Of a stretch of 64,000 nucleotides of DNA, positions 55,172 through 64,000 are shown piece after piece. The DNA is from Candidatus Hydrogenedentota bacterium. Its GTDB lineage: Bacteria > Hydrogenedentota > Hydrogenedentia > Hydrogenedentales > JAEUWI01. Under the pieces are notes generated by a model. That model did not search any database. It was given only the letters and a program-made list of their open reading frames with translations, and was not told the origin of the DNA. Where the stretch lies: the NCBI GenBank assembly GCA_034669905.1, contig JAXMOL010000039.1, forward strand, positions 1 through 64,000. Direction: 5' to 3'. A program made the position numbers and the translations under genes. Positions within the stretch are counted from its first letter, which is position 1. Every line of letters begins with the position of its first letter.

Positions 55172-57520
55172 CTAGTCCAGCGCCAGGGCGGGCGTTGCTT
55201 TGTCGCGCATGGAAAACAGGGCACAGACGTAGACCACAATCGCGAGTAGATAGAGAGACTGATAGCCGAACATCATGGCGTTGTACTCCAGCAAGCCCCC
55301 ACACATGGCCCCGAAGACATTGGCCGCCAGACCGCCCGCCACGCTGACGTCGGTGCGGAGCAGACCGGCAAAGAGAATGCCGGAAAAGAGCATGGGAAGG
55401 GTCAGGATGACGATGGCCACGATTTTGCCCGTTACGTCCGACTGGAATCCCCAGAACATGGCGACGAAATAGCCCACCAGGATGGATGCCATGAGCAGTC
55501 CACCGGGAACCCAGAGTTTCTTTGGTTTGGCCAGGGCGACGATAAAGTTGGCCACCAGCGACATGAGCAATACGCCGCAGATGACAAATCCAATTACCTG
55601 CCAGGTGTTGCCAAAAACGAGGCCCAATTCGGTGATCGCCTTGGTTTCCACCAACATGAATCCGGCCCCGAGCAGGAAATAACTCAAATGGCCCCGGCGT
55701 GGTTTTCCGGGCAGGAGGAGTCCGGTCATGAGAAGTGTCATGATCGCCACCGCCGCAGCCATGCCCAGGTAGGAGAAGGGATAGACCCGTTTCGGCATGT
55801 AAAAGAAGGGCCAGTCGTCTGTCGAGAGGGCGAGGGATTCATTGCCCTCCGCAAACTCGGCGCTGACTTCCTGATAGCCTGCCGCGGTATACACCTCGGC
55901 CGGGATTTCGAGTCCATCGTTCCGGTGCACAAAGATGTACCGTTCGCTCTCTTCCGAATAAAGCGCCAGCGGGGCGTTCCCATCGAAGGCCACCTCGAGC
56001 ATCCGATAAATCTTGTGGCCCAGGACCTTGTCGCCCAGATTCACAAAGGATAGGAAGAGCATGCCCTGTTCACTCAGGCGGGCGCGGGCTTCCTCGAAGC
56101 CTTCAATTGTGTAGACGAAGGAATCCACCCGGACATTGGCCGCATGGCTCAGGGCGGAGTGGGAATCGAGGAGCCCATAGATGATGAGGTCGTAGTTGGC
56201 ATCGGTCGCCCGAAAATGGGAGCGGGCGTCGTTGATAAACGCGGTGACCCGGGGGTCGTCATAGGGGCGTTCCGGGTGGTTTTCCCGTCCCAATGCGACG
56301 ATGACGGGATCTATCTCCACGGCATCGATGGCACCCACGTTGGCACGAAGTGCCCCGGCCACATCGTTGCCCGATCCGGCACCTACAATGGCGACTTGCT
56401 GGGGTTCGCCCGCCAGGGCATAGGGTAAATTGTAATAGGATTCTTCGGCCTGGGCCCATTCATCGTCCAGGTGGGCCACATGCTCCGCACGCAAATCATA
56501 GACCCGCTGATAGAAACGCCCGGCCACACGAATGGTCATGAGGCCATCTTCACGGGTCACCCGCTCGATCATCTGGTAGGGCGAATGGATGGCCTGCACG
56601 CCAATGTCCTGCTGCCAGCCCAGCAGCATAAGGAGGGCCAGTGCACTGATTGCCGACGTCCGTAAGCCCCGTGCGGTGCGGGCCATGAGGTAAAGGACAA
56701 CGGCACAGACCAGGGCCAGCCAGATTACCGGACTCGTCCAATATTGGCCCATAAGCAGCATGAGCAAGGTACCTGCCACACTGCCCACCAGGTTCAGGCC
56801 GTAGCCCTTCAAATTGGCGGTTCGCATCATCGCCTTGCCGCAGAGTTGCCCGATAGGAATCAGGCAGGCCGCCGTCTGAAGAAACAGAGATGCCAGCATA
56901 ATGTAAATAGCGAGGACCTGCACCCGGGTGCGTGCGGAATTCAGGCCGATGTCGAGCTGTTCGGTAATGGGGGAGGCATGGAGGCTGACGCCCTGCAGAT
57001 CGCTCAGGCCATAGACCAGGAGGAACTGGGCAAGTACCTGCCAGAGTATCAGGGGGATCACAAAGGCGAGGGGGATCGTTTTTTGTCCCGAGAGGGCGTA
57101 ACCCAGGCCGATGCCGGCGAAACAAGCCAGCAGACTGAAATTCTTGTAGAAGGCGAGGGCGGGAAAGATACCCACCTGCCAGCGAATGAGGGCCAGTTCG
57201 AGGAATAGACTCAAGCCCGCTGTGAGCACGATGACCAGGGCCACCTTACGATGGCTCAGCAGGGCCAGCCAGGTATCCTGCGCGGCGCCCATGTACTCTG
57301 TGTTTTCCCGGAGGCGATAAGCAAAGAATCCCAGCAGGGCCGTCACGACCACGGTCAAGGCACCAGCAATGAGAAATTGCTGGGTGAATTCCGACGTGAA
57401 GAGGGGGCCCGCCTCACCTTCCCGGAGATGGGTGAGATGGCGGGAAGCATAAAGGATGGCCATGGGGGCCACCCCGGTAAAAAGGGCTATGAGTGGAAAA
57501 AGACGCAAAAACCGGGTCAT
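55172..57520 (-). CDS. Polytopic membrane protein with central spermidine-synthase-like SAM-binding domain
   Basis: TM bundles on both sides of IVGAGSGND, AVEIDP, NDAR, YGLLDSH, TDDWPF.Y; LGAGFML.ETK. Confidence 0.85.
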   Translation of the reverse strand: MTRFLRLFPLIALFTGVAPMAILYASRHLTHLREGEAGPLFTSEFTQQFLIAGALTVVVTALLGFFAYRLRENTEYMGAAQDTWLALLSHRKVALVIVLTAGLSLFLELALIRWQVGIFPALAFYKNFSLLACFAGIGLGYALSGQKTIPLAFVIPLILWQVLAQFLLVYGLSDLQGVSLHASPITEQLDIGLNSARTRVQVLAIYIMLASLFLQTAACLIPIGQLCGKAMMRTANLKGYGLNLVGSVAGTLLMLLMGQYWTSPVIWLALVCAVVLYLMARTARGLRTSAISALALLMLLGWQQDIGVQAIHSPYQMIERVTREDGLMTIRVAGRFYQRVYDLRAEHVAHLDDEWAQAEESYYNLPYALAGEPQQVAIVGAGSGNDVAGALRANVGAIDAVEIDPVIVALGRENHPERPYDDPRVTAFINDARSHFRATDANYDLIIYGLLDSHSALSHAANVRVDSFVYTIEGFEEARARLSEQGMLFLSFVNLGDKVLGHKIYRMLEVAFDGNAPLALYSEESERYIFVHRNDGLEIPAEVYTAAGYQEVSAEFAEGNESLALSTDDWPFFYMPKRVYPFSYLGMAAAVAIMTLLMTGLLLPGKPRRGHLSYFLLGAGFMLVETKAITELGLVFGNTWQVIGFVICGVLLMSLVANFIVALAKPKKLWVPGGLLMASILVGYFVAMFWGFQSDVTGKIVAIVILTLPMLFSGILFAGLLRTDVSVAGGLAANVFGAMCGGLLEYNAMMFGYQSLYLLAIVVYVCALFSMRDKATPALALD

Positions 57521-57639
57521 TAGAAGCCTTTCGTAACCGGGAAACAATCGTAGTCGCACAAAATGCAGGGGTTCTTAGCGCCGATTATCCCATGTAACAC
57601 GTAGGACTGTACAGGGATAAGATTCCAGGCACGCGTGGG

Positions 57640-57843
57640 TCACTCTTCGGGCGGATTGGTATCGTTCGGGACCGGGGCGTCTTCACCCGGGTCGCCGGAG
57701 AAGTAGGCCTTGATGCGGCGCCAATAGCTCTTCACCACCAGTGCCGCTCCCAGGAGTCCTCCGATAAGCCCTTGCAGGATGAAGGCCTCCAGGCCACCAA
57801 AAATATAGGCCGCTTGGGGCCGATGTGTAACAGATTGCTTCAT
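57640..57843 (-). CDS. Small single-TM membrane protein (67 aa)
   Basis: GAGAG-rich RBS; AYI...ILQ.LIGGLLG....K.YWRRIK..F pattern and acidic tail; co-oriented with the downstream operon. Confidence 0.65.
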   Translation of the reverse strand: MKQSVTHRPQAAYIFGGLEAFILQGLIGGLLGAALVVKSYWRRIKAYFSGDPGEDAPVPNDTNPPEE

Positions 57844-57962
57844 GCTCTCACTCTCTCGAATCGTTACTGCGCCAGATTTCACCCAACAGGAAGACGTGCC
57901 CCTCCGTTGCTAGTATCGGACGCGAAAGGTCGCGCCTTTAACACCCTGCGTGTTGCAACGGG

Positions 57963-60365
57963 CTATTCCACGATAAAGCCGTGATAAAGCCCGAGGTAGT
58001 AGCCCAGCAGAAAGGGCGACCCCTCATCGAGCCACTTGCCGTTACGACCCGCATCATCAAGGCGCCACGTGTCTTCGCTGAAGGATATGGCGTTGCGTTC
58101 GTCGATGGGAATCACGTAGCCGTCCACCCGGTGCCCCTTGCCTTCGGCTTTACCCGGTTCCCGGGTGTGGGCTCCCAGGGGTACAATATCGATGCGGTGG
58201 CTATTGTTCATCGGCCACAGGACCAGATCCATGGGGAAGCGTTTGAGGGTGTCGACGCTGTCCTCCAGCCAGTTGTGGGTGGGAGAGAGGTCCGTCACGC
58301 CCCATTGGGTCTGCATGCCCTGGCCGTCGCAGAGTGCGGCGTACACGAAATTGAAGAAGGGGTTCTTCTCCTGGCGAACGATCTGCCAGTAGTAAAAGAT
58401 TGAATTCTGGAACATACGGAGGACTTCGGGGTCTTCCTCGTAGCGAATCAGGTTGTAGTAGTTCATAAAGGCCATTTTGTCGTCAAACTGGACATGGGAG
58501 CCCGGTCCGGCCTGAAGTTTCGGCATGACCATGCCATTCAGGGCGTAGTAGTGATTCTCCACAAGGTCCATGAAGACATCGCGGTATTTCTGCTCGCCGG
58601 TCACGTGATGGGTCACCGTGAGATAGGTCAGCAGACTCAGCGAATTCAGACCCCGTTCCGTCCACCAGTTCGGATCGCCGTTGAGCGATTCCGGGCTGAA
58701 ATTGCCCCAGCGCGTGGGCGTGCGGTCATGATCCACCAGGCGGAAATCGTTCGCGATAAGGTGATCCATAACCCGGGCGCACACCTCCCGCACACGGGCC
58801 TTTTCCGCATCGGTTCTGGCCACGTGATCGTAGTAGAGGGCATACATCAGGAAGTGACCATCGAGTTCATCGGAGCTCGCGTCCGTTTTCCAATACCACT
58901 TGCCATCACCGCTCGTGGGCCAGCGGGGGATAAGGATCTTCCAGAGCGCGTCACCTTCTTGTTTCTTTCGGTCGCGCTCGGGGCTATCGTGCTCGTTGGG
59001 GTTCCGGCCATCCGTTGGCAAGATGGAACGGGCAATAAAACCCGGAGGCGCGGGATTAGAGCCCGATTGGGTCACTTCGCTGAGGAAGGCCAGGGCTTCA
59101 AAGGCTTTCGTGGCCCGTTCTTTGGCCTTCGGGGCTCCCGTGGCACCGTAGGCCAGGCACTCCGCCGCGCCGTAGAGTCCCGTGTATTGGCCGTCATTGT
59201 CCGTGTCGTGCTGGGTCCATTGGGACGTGTCGCCTGCCTTTTCCAGGGTTACGCCATTGATAAACTCGAACTCGGTCCGGCGACCGAAGCGGTCAATTTC
59301 GGACTCGAAATATTCCGCTTTTTCGGCGAAGGTCATGGGCTTGAAATAAATATGGCTGACGCCGCCGGCGGTAGCTATCCACGCACCATCATCGGTGGCC
59401 ACGATATCGCGGACCTCATTGTTCGGCAACCAGCGTTTCCCGGCGCGATAGGCCCAGTTGTCGCCGTCGTAGTGGATAGCGCCGTTGCGCGTGCCCAACC
59501 AGAGGCGCCCGTTGGGGGCGGTGTTTGCGGTGGTGAAGTCGCTGTAGGGCAGGCCGCCTTGGCCGTCCGTGAGCTGCCAATCGTTATTCGAGACCTGTTG
59601 TGCCACACCTTGGGGAGCCGTGAGTAGCAGATGACCGGCGTGGTCCAGCAACACCGCTCGGGCATCTACCATGCCCCAACTTTCCGTTTCGTGTGTCGGC
59701 AACAACCGTTGCCACTCGATTCCCTTACGGGCCTTGGCAAGACCTTGGTCACCACCCGTGTAGAAGAGCCCACGTTTTTGGAGAACATAGAAACCGGAAG
59801 GGGTAGCAACGATCGTGTGCCCCGACGCATTGACGGCCACATCACGAATTTCGTTCACCGGGTCGAGGTTTTCGTCGGAGACCTGAAATGGGTTCATCGC
59901 GCCATCGGATAGGGAAAACAAGCCCTTGCTGGTGGCCGCCAGAAGTGACTGTGGCGGATTGACGCTGTCGAGAACGAGACGATTGGCCGGCGCAGGCAGT
60001 GCGTCGCTTAACAATTCCAAACGTTCTCCTGCAAAACGGTAGACGCTGGTCGCCGTGGCCACATAGAGGACGTCGTCATTCGCCAGCAGGGCACGGATAT
60101 CACCCGGCGAGTCTGGTACGGCCTGCCACGCCATACCATTCCACTGGGCTAATCCCTTCGCCGTACCCGCGTAGACGGTGTCGTTCGCCGTGACCGCCAT
60201 GGCGCGCACGTCATCCGAAGGCAGGCCTTCGACCATGGTGTAAGTGTCCTGCATTTCCTGTCCGTAAGTTTTGACTTCCAGGTGTTTATCGCTCTGTAGG
60301 GGCGCGCCTTGGGCAACGTGGGCGGTAAGGAACAGAGCGAGTAGGACGAGCGTTTTTTTCTTCAT
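57963..60365 (-). CDS. Secreted protein: Reg_prop-type beta-propellers plus conserved helical C-terminal domain of unknown function
   Basis: Signal peptide; GLPS..V, LW.GT..G and WIAT..G repeats; C-terminal DNDG..T, WK.D.SSDE..GH, L.YY.G.YHG. Confidence 0.8.
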   Translation of the reverse strand: MKKKTLVLLALFLTAHVAQGAPLQSDKHLEVKTYGQEMQDTYTMVEGLPSDDVRAMAVTANDTVYAGTAKGLAQWNGMAWQAVPDSPGDIRALLANDDVLYVATATSVYRFAGERLELLSDALPAPANRLVLDSVNPPQSLLAATSKGLFSLSDGAMNPFQVSDENLDPVNEIRDVAVNASGHTIVATPSGFYVLQKRGLFYTGGDQGLAKARKGIEWQRLLPTHETESWGMVDARAVLLDHAGHLLLTAPQGVAQQVSNNDWQLTDGQGGLPYSDFTTANTAPNGRLWLGTRNGAIHYDGDNWAYRAGKRWLPNNEVRDIVATDDGAWIATAGGVSHIYFKPMTFAEKAEYFESEIDRFGRRTEFEFINGVTLEKAGDTSQWTQHDTDNDGQYTGLYGAAECLAYGATGAPKAKERATKAFEALAFLSEVTQSGSNPAPPGFIARSILPTDGRNPNEHDSPERDRKKQEGDALWKILIPRWPTSGDGKWYWKTDASSDELDGHFLMYALYYDHVARTDAEKARVREVCARVMDHLIANDFRLVDHDRTPTRWGNFSPESLNGDPNWWTERGLNSLSLLTYLTVTHHVTGEQKYRDVFMDLVENHYYALNGMVMPKLQAGPGSHVQFDDKMAFMNYYNLIRYEEDPEVLRMFQNSIFYYWQIVRQEKNPFFNFVYAALCDGQGMQTQWGVTDLSPTHNWLEDSVDTLKRFPMDLVLWPMNNSHRIDIVPLGAHTREPGKAEGKGHRVDGYVIPIDERNAISFSEDTWRLDDAGRNGKWLDEGSPFLLGYYLGLYHGFIVE

Positions 60366-60500
60366 AGATGAACTCCTGGAGCACGGGCAACGATAGAGGA
60401 TAGGGCGCGTAACCGACGATCGTTACTATAGCGAGTGTCTCGGACTGGATACAATGACGGCGTTGACGGACTCTTTCCTCGGGCGTAGAACTCGACCGTA

Positions 60501-60540
60501 CCCCCGTTGGCCAACGGGGGATAGGCTTCCAGCCTGTCAC
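60501..60540 (+). repeat. Solo REP variant (type C) fused to a perfect 20-bp palindrome
   Basis: CCCCCGTTGGCCAACGGGGG (60501-60520) runs into GATAGGCT-TCC-AGCCTGTC; 24/30 identical to the type A REP with flank. Confidence 0.8.
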
Positions 60541-60709
60541 GTCGCCCGCTCAACCCGGCCAGGGTGTGGGGGACCACGGGGTAGCCCGTTCGATACCTCA
60601 GCCCACGTTCCTGAAGTTGGCTGGAGCGTGCTGGCGACGGCGTTGCGGCCACGTTCGATGTTGAATCGAGCACGATACGACGGTACACTAGCACGGTGGC
60701 GCAGAGAGC

Positions 60710-62137
60710 ATGCGCCTTGCAGCAGGCGAAGCAAATATTGTGGGGGTGCGCGTGAGAATCTTACGGTTTATATCAGTGGGGCTTTGGGTTTTGGGGTTGA
60801 CTGCGCTGCTTCTTCCCATGGTGCGCGATGACTCGGCTTCAAGCAATGCCCGTCTGGAGCAGAACGCACAGAATCGTGCAGAGCGACAGGCCCGATTGGA
60901 GTCCTTGGGGATAGCGCAGCGTTACGAAGTCCATTCTCTGTTGGGCGACTACCGCGACGTGCTCTTCCTGGAGCAGGATTTCGAGCAGGTCGAGGCGTGG
61001 CTGGAGGCACTGTACGCCCAATCCGATGATCCGTACTTGGCGCTCAACTATTATCGAAGCATGTTCAAGCTGATTGAAATTCGGCATGGACTATCACCCG
61101 AAGATATGGACGAGGTTCTGAAGGCTTGGATTGCACGAAATCCCCAAGCGTACAGGCCACACTTCTTACGTGGGCGATTCCTAATCCAACGCGGTTGGCA
61201 TGTAAACTCTTATTCATTTGGTTACGGACTCAATATTGGGGCCCGGGAGCTTTTTCGCGAGGCAGAATCTGAATTGCTAATGGCGGAAAGCAAGAATGGA
61301 GCCGATCCGAACGCAGCCGCTGCATTGATTTTTGTAGAAATGGGGTTGAAGCGTGGAATGGAGCGGGTCGATGCCGCCTACCAACGGGCTATCAGGACGG
61401 ATCCAGATAGCGTGATCGCCCGTTACAATCGACTCTACGCGGTATTGCCGAAATGCGGCGGTTCATGGGAGGCGGTGGAAGAGGTGGTTGCTGAGGCCAA
61501 GAGGGCCAGTGTGGAGTTTCCCTTGCTGAATATTATGGCGCGGTATAGCGCCTTTGAAATGAAGACTCGTGGTCGTTCCTATGAGGAATACCATGACGCA
61601 TGGGAAACCCAGCTGAGTTTCGCCCATCCATTCATGGGCCAACTGGACCGCAATGAGGGCGATCTGATTCTTCTGTGCAACGCCGCGCGCTATGCGAGCA
61701 AAGGACGGGAGTTCGCTTTGGCGGAATCGTTTTTTGCAGAGATCGGCGACCGTTATCACGTCGACAGCAATTTTCGGGATCTCATGGAGTTCAATGATTA
61801 TCGCGCCTGGACGCACGCCAAAGTGGCACGTACGAAAGAAGAACCCATGCGTTCGGAAATGCTCGCGCGCGCGCTGGAAATCGCGCCTACGCACTATTAC
61901 ACAAATTATGCCATGGGAATGGAAGAATTGGCTGCAGCGGACCTGGTGTCCGCAGCCAATCATCTGAACCGCTCTCAAGAGCGCAATCCGGATTACGGCC
62001 CCGTATACGTAGGCCTTGCTGAATTGGCGCAACGACAAGGCGATACGAAAGGCGCAGAGAATCATGCGCGGCGTGCGCTGAAACAAGGAGTCTCAGGTGC
62101 ATTGGAAGTGCAAGCCAGAGAAATACTTAATAATTGA
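60710..62137 (+). CDS. Membrane-anchored DUF4034-like / TPR-repeat protein
   Basis: N-terminal TM; W....P....P....G......GW, LPK.GGS; C-terminal TPR-like repeats; start may be GTG 60752. Confidence 0.75.
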   Translation: MRLAAGEANIVGVRVRILRFISVGLWVLGLTALLLPMVRDDSASSNARLEQNAQNRAERQARLESLGIAQRYEVHSLLGDYRDVLFLEQDFEQVEAWLEALYAQSDDPYLALNYYRSMFKLIEIRHGLSPEDMDEVLKAWIARNPQAYRPHFLRGRFLIQRGWHVNSYSFGYGLNIGARELFREAESELLMAESKNGADPNAAAALIFVEMGLKRGMERVDAAYQRAIRTDPDSVIARYNRLYAVLPKCGGSWEAVEEVVAEAKRASVEFPLLNIMARYSAFEMKTRGRSYEEYHDAWETQLSFAHPFMGQLDRNEGDLILLCNAARYASKGREFALAESFFAEIGDRYHVDSNFRDLMEFNDYRAWTHAKVARTKEEPMRSEMLARALEIAPTHYYTNYAMGMEELAAADLVSAANHLNRSQERNPDYGPVYVGLAELAQRQGDTKGAENHARRALKQGVSGALEVQAREILNN

Positions 62138-62368
62138 CCGGCAGCAAGGGTGAATAGAGCTTAGGCCCAGGCCGTGCTCAAACTCGACCCAAATGATGAA
62201 CAGCGCGCTCGGGCGGAGGAGATGATAGCGCGGAATTCATCCTAATTGCCGGACGTATGGGGAGGGGCGGGGGTAGTTGACCGCGTCGACGGTGTCGGTT
62301 ATGCTGAACCGTCGCAGCGGATGGGTTGTCGCTGCATCTGGGTAGTGAGCGAATGGAGGAGCGATACC

Positions 62369-63175
62369 GTGTCGAATTTACGTCTAAGCCCTGCGCAAAA
62401 GGCATCTTATCACCGGGAGGGCTATCTCACCGGTCTGGAACCCATTTACGATGCGGAGGGGGTGGCCGAATTGAACACGGGCATCAAGGAAATTCTCGCC
62501 CTGCTGGAGCCCGGGGAGCGGCCCCTGGAAATACGGGAATGGCACCAGAACAGCACCTTTCTTTTCGATATCTGTATGAACCCGCAGATTCTGAACTACG
62601 TGGAAGACCTCATTGGTCCGGATTTCTATATGTGGGCGAGCAGCTTTTTTATCAAAGACCCCCACAGCCCCGAAACGGTGGCCTGGCACCAGGATTCCTT
62701 CTACTGGCCCCTCACGCCACCAGATTCCTGTACCGTCTGGCTTGCTTTCAGCGACAGCGACGAGGAAAACGGGGCCATGCGGGTCATTCCGAAGTCCCAC
62801 CGGGGCGGCATTATTCAGCACACCTCCGATGCCGACGCGAATTCCGTACTGACCCTGAAGTGCGATACGGCGGAATACACGGATGACACCGCAGTCTTTA
62901 TGAACCTGAAGGCCGGACAGATTTCTATTCACGATGACAAAATCATTCACGGCTCGCTGGGCAATAATTCGCCACGGCCGCGAATCGGATTCACGATTCG
63001 ATATTCCAAGACCAATGTGAAATGTGATCTGGCCGTGAATCCCAATTTCAAGACCTATCATTGCCGTGGGGAAGACCACTTTAAGCACAATCCCGTGGGC
63101 CCGGTTCCATCCCAGAAGTATGGGCGTATCTGGCAGGATTACCGAAACGTTGAAACGCTCAACAGGGAAAGTTAG
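62369..63175 (+). CDS. Phytanoyl-CoA dioxygenase (PhyH) family Fe/2OG oxygenase
   Basis: WHQD..YW, TVWLA, NG.M.VIP.SH, HGS..N.S...R; GTG 62369 after a GGAGGAG RBS. Confidence 0.92.
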   Translation: MSNLRLSPAQKASYHREGYLTGLEPIYDAEGVAELNTGIKEILALLEPGERPLEIREWHQNSTFLFDICMNPQILNYVEDLIGPDFYMWASSFFIKDPHSPETVAWHQDSFYWPLTPPDSCTVWLAFSDSDEENGAMRVIPKSHRGGIIQHTSDADANSVLTLKCDTAEYTDDTAVFMNLKAGQISIHDDKIIHGSLGNNSPRPRIGFTIRYSKTNVKCDLAVNPNFKTYHCRGEDHFKHNPVGPVPSQKYGRIWQDYRNVETLNRES

Positions 63176-63208
63176 TCTCTATCCTCAGGAAACGGAGAAA
63201 AGGACATT

Positions 63209-64000
63209 ATGAAAATGAACTCAATTGTGTTCGCCGGGTTATCGTGTATCGTCGCCGGGAGCGTTGCGGCGGGCGGCTGGACGCAGTTTCGTGGGGAAGG
63301 GGCACGGGGGGTGGCGGAAGACCAATCCATCCCCAGCACCTGGAGCAGCACGGAAAACGTCGCCTGGAAAACGGAAGTGCCGGGGAAAGGCTGGTCCTCG
63401 CCGGTTGTCTGGGAGAATCAGATCTTTCTCACGGCGGTGATTAATGAGGGCGAGACGGAGGCCCCAAAAAAGGGGCTCTATTTCGGCGGGGAGCGTCCTG
63501 AACCTGCCGCCACGCCCCATCACTGGATGGTCTATGGTCTGGACCTTGCCACCGGAAAGATCCAGTGGGAGCGCGAGGTACATGCGGGAAAACCAGATGC
63601 ACCCGTCCACGTGAAGAACAGTTACGCGTCGGAAACGCCGGTCACCGATGGCACCCATGTCTACGCGTATTTTGGCGGTGTCGGGCTTTTCTGCCTGGAT
63701 ATGGACGGCAATCTCGTGTGGGAGCGGCGCGAAGCACCGCGCTCGATGCGCTATGGTTGGGGGACCGCGGCATCGCCTGCGCTCCATGAAGACCGGCTTT
63801 ACCTGGTGAACGATAATCAGGACCAGTCCTATGTGGAAGCCCTCGACAAAAAGACCGGCGAGCAAGTCTGGCGGGTACCCCGTGATGAGGCCAGTAACTG
63901 GTCCACGCCCTTTGTCTGGCAAAACTCATTACGGAAAGAGCTGATTACCCTGGGTTCAGGCGCCGTTCGCTCCTATGACCTCGATGGTAAACTTCTCTGG
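63209..64000 (+). CDS. PQQ-binding-like (BamB-type) beta-propeller protein, truncated by the window end
   Basis: Translates as MKMNSIVF...WTQFRG...P.TWS.TENVAWKTEVPG.GWSSPVVW...NSYASETPVTDG...WGTAASP; missing from the ORF track because no stop falls in the window. Confidence 0.9.
   Translation, partial: MKMNSIVFAGLSCIVAGSVAAGGWTQFRGEGARGVAEDQSIPSTWSSTENVAWKTEVPGKGWSSPVVWENQIFLTAVINEGETEAPKKGLYFGGERPEPAATPHHWMVYGLDLATGKIQWEREVHAGKPDAPVHVKNSYASETPVTDGTHVYAYFGGVGLFCLDMDGNLVWERREAPRSMRYGWGTAASPALHEDRLYLVNDNQDQSYVEALDKKTGEQVWRVPRDEASNWSTPFVWQNSLRKELITLGSGAVRSYDLDGKLLW

Noticed and set aside
55172..57520. speE completing a polyamine pathway with aguBA
   Set aside because: The glycine-rich motif differs from true SpeE, the protein is polytopic, it is 29 kb from aguBA, and its context is glycosylation.
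57826..57868. Imperfect inverted repeat GTAACAGATT...AATCGTTAC over the small-ORF start
   Set aside because: Short, gapped arms with a long spacer; not enough to call an operator.

Overview
A gene-dense, GC-rich (roughly 60% by eye) bacterial chromosomal window with about 43 protein-coding genes and one tRNA-Pro(CGG). Its content (many secreted beta-propeller and glycoside-hydrolase-like proteins, heptamer and nonamer intergenic repeats) resembles Hydrogenedentes/PVC-type genomes; this taxonomy is an impression only. Ordinary content includes hsp20, an RraA-like protein, a TetR plus tripartite RND efflux operon, aguBA, a lactonase, hemE, two Gfo/Idh/MocA oxidoreductases, SSS and SLC13 transporters, two hybrid histidine kinases and a PhyH dioxygenase. 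Two loci stand out. (1) At 32.76-34.51 kb, an intact HUH/Y1 REP-associated tyrosine transposase (RAYT) is followed by a 306-bp-period array of two alternating, inverted REP variants. These variants differ only by compensatory base-pair swaps. They are separated by hairpin-rich linkers that share a 16-nt direct repeat at about 153-bp period, and a third covarying REP variant lies at 60.5 kb. (2) At 14.6-21.2 kb, a four-gene trans-envelope phosphothreonine signalling/export module encodes a membrane-anchored vWA protein, an FHA-FHA-ABC exporter, a Ser/Thr kinase and a glycine-zipper lipoprotein. It parallels the T6SS PpkA/Fha/TagQ/TagST pathway, but there is no T6SS in the window. Also notable are a RedB/RedC-like sensor pair, an M1-peptidase pseudoenzyme, and an operon for a small membrane peptide, a membrane SpeE-like protein and a GT2-methyltransferase fusion. 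All calls come from reading motifs by eye; no database search was run.
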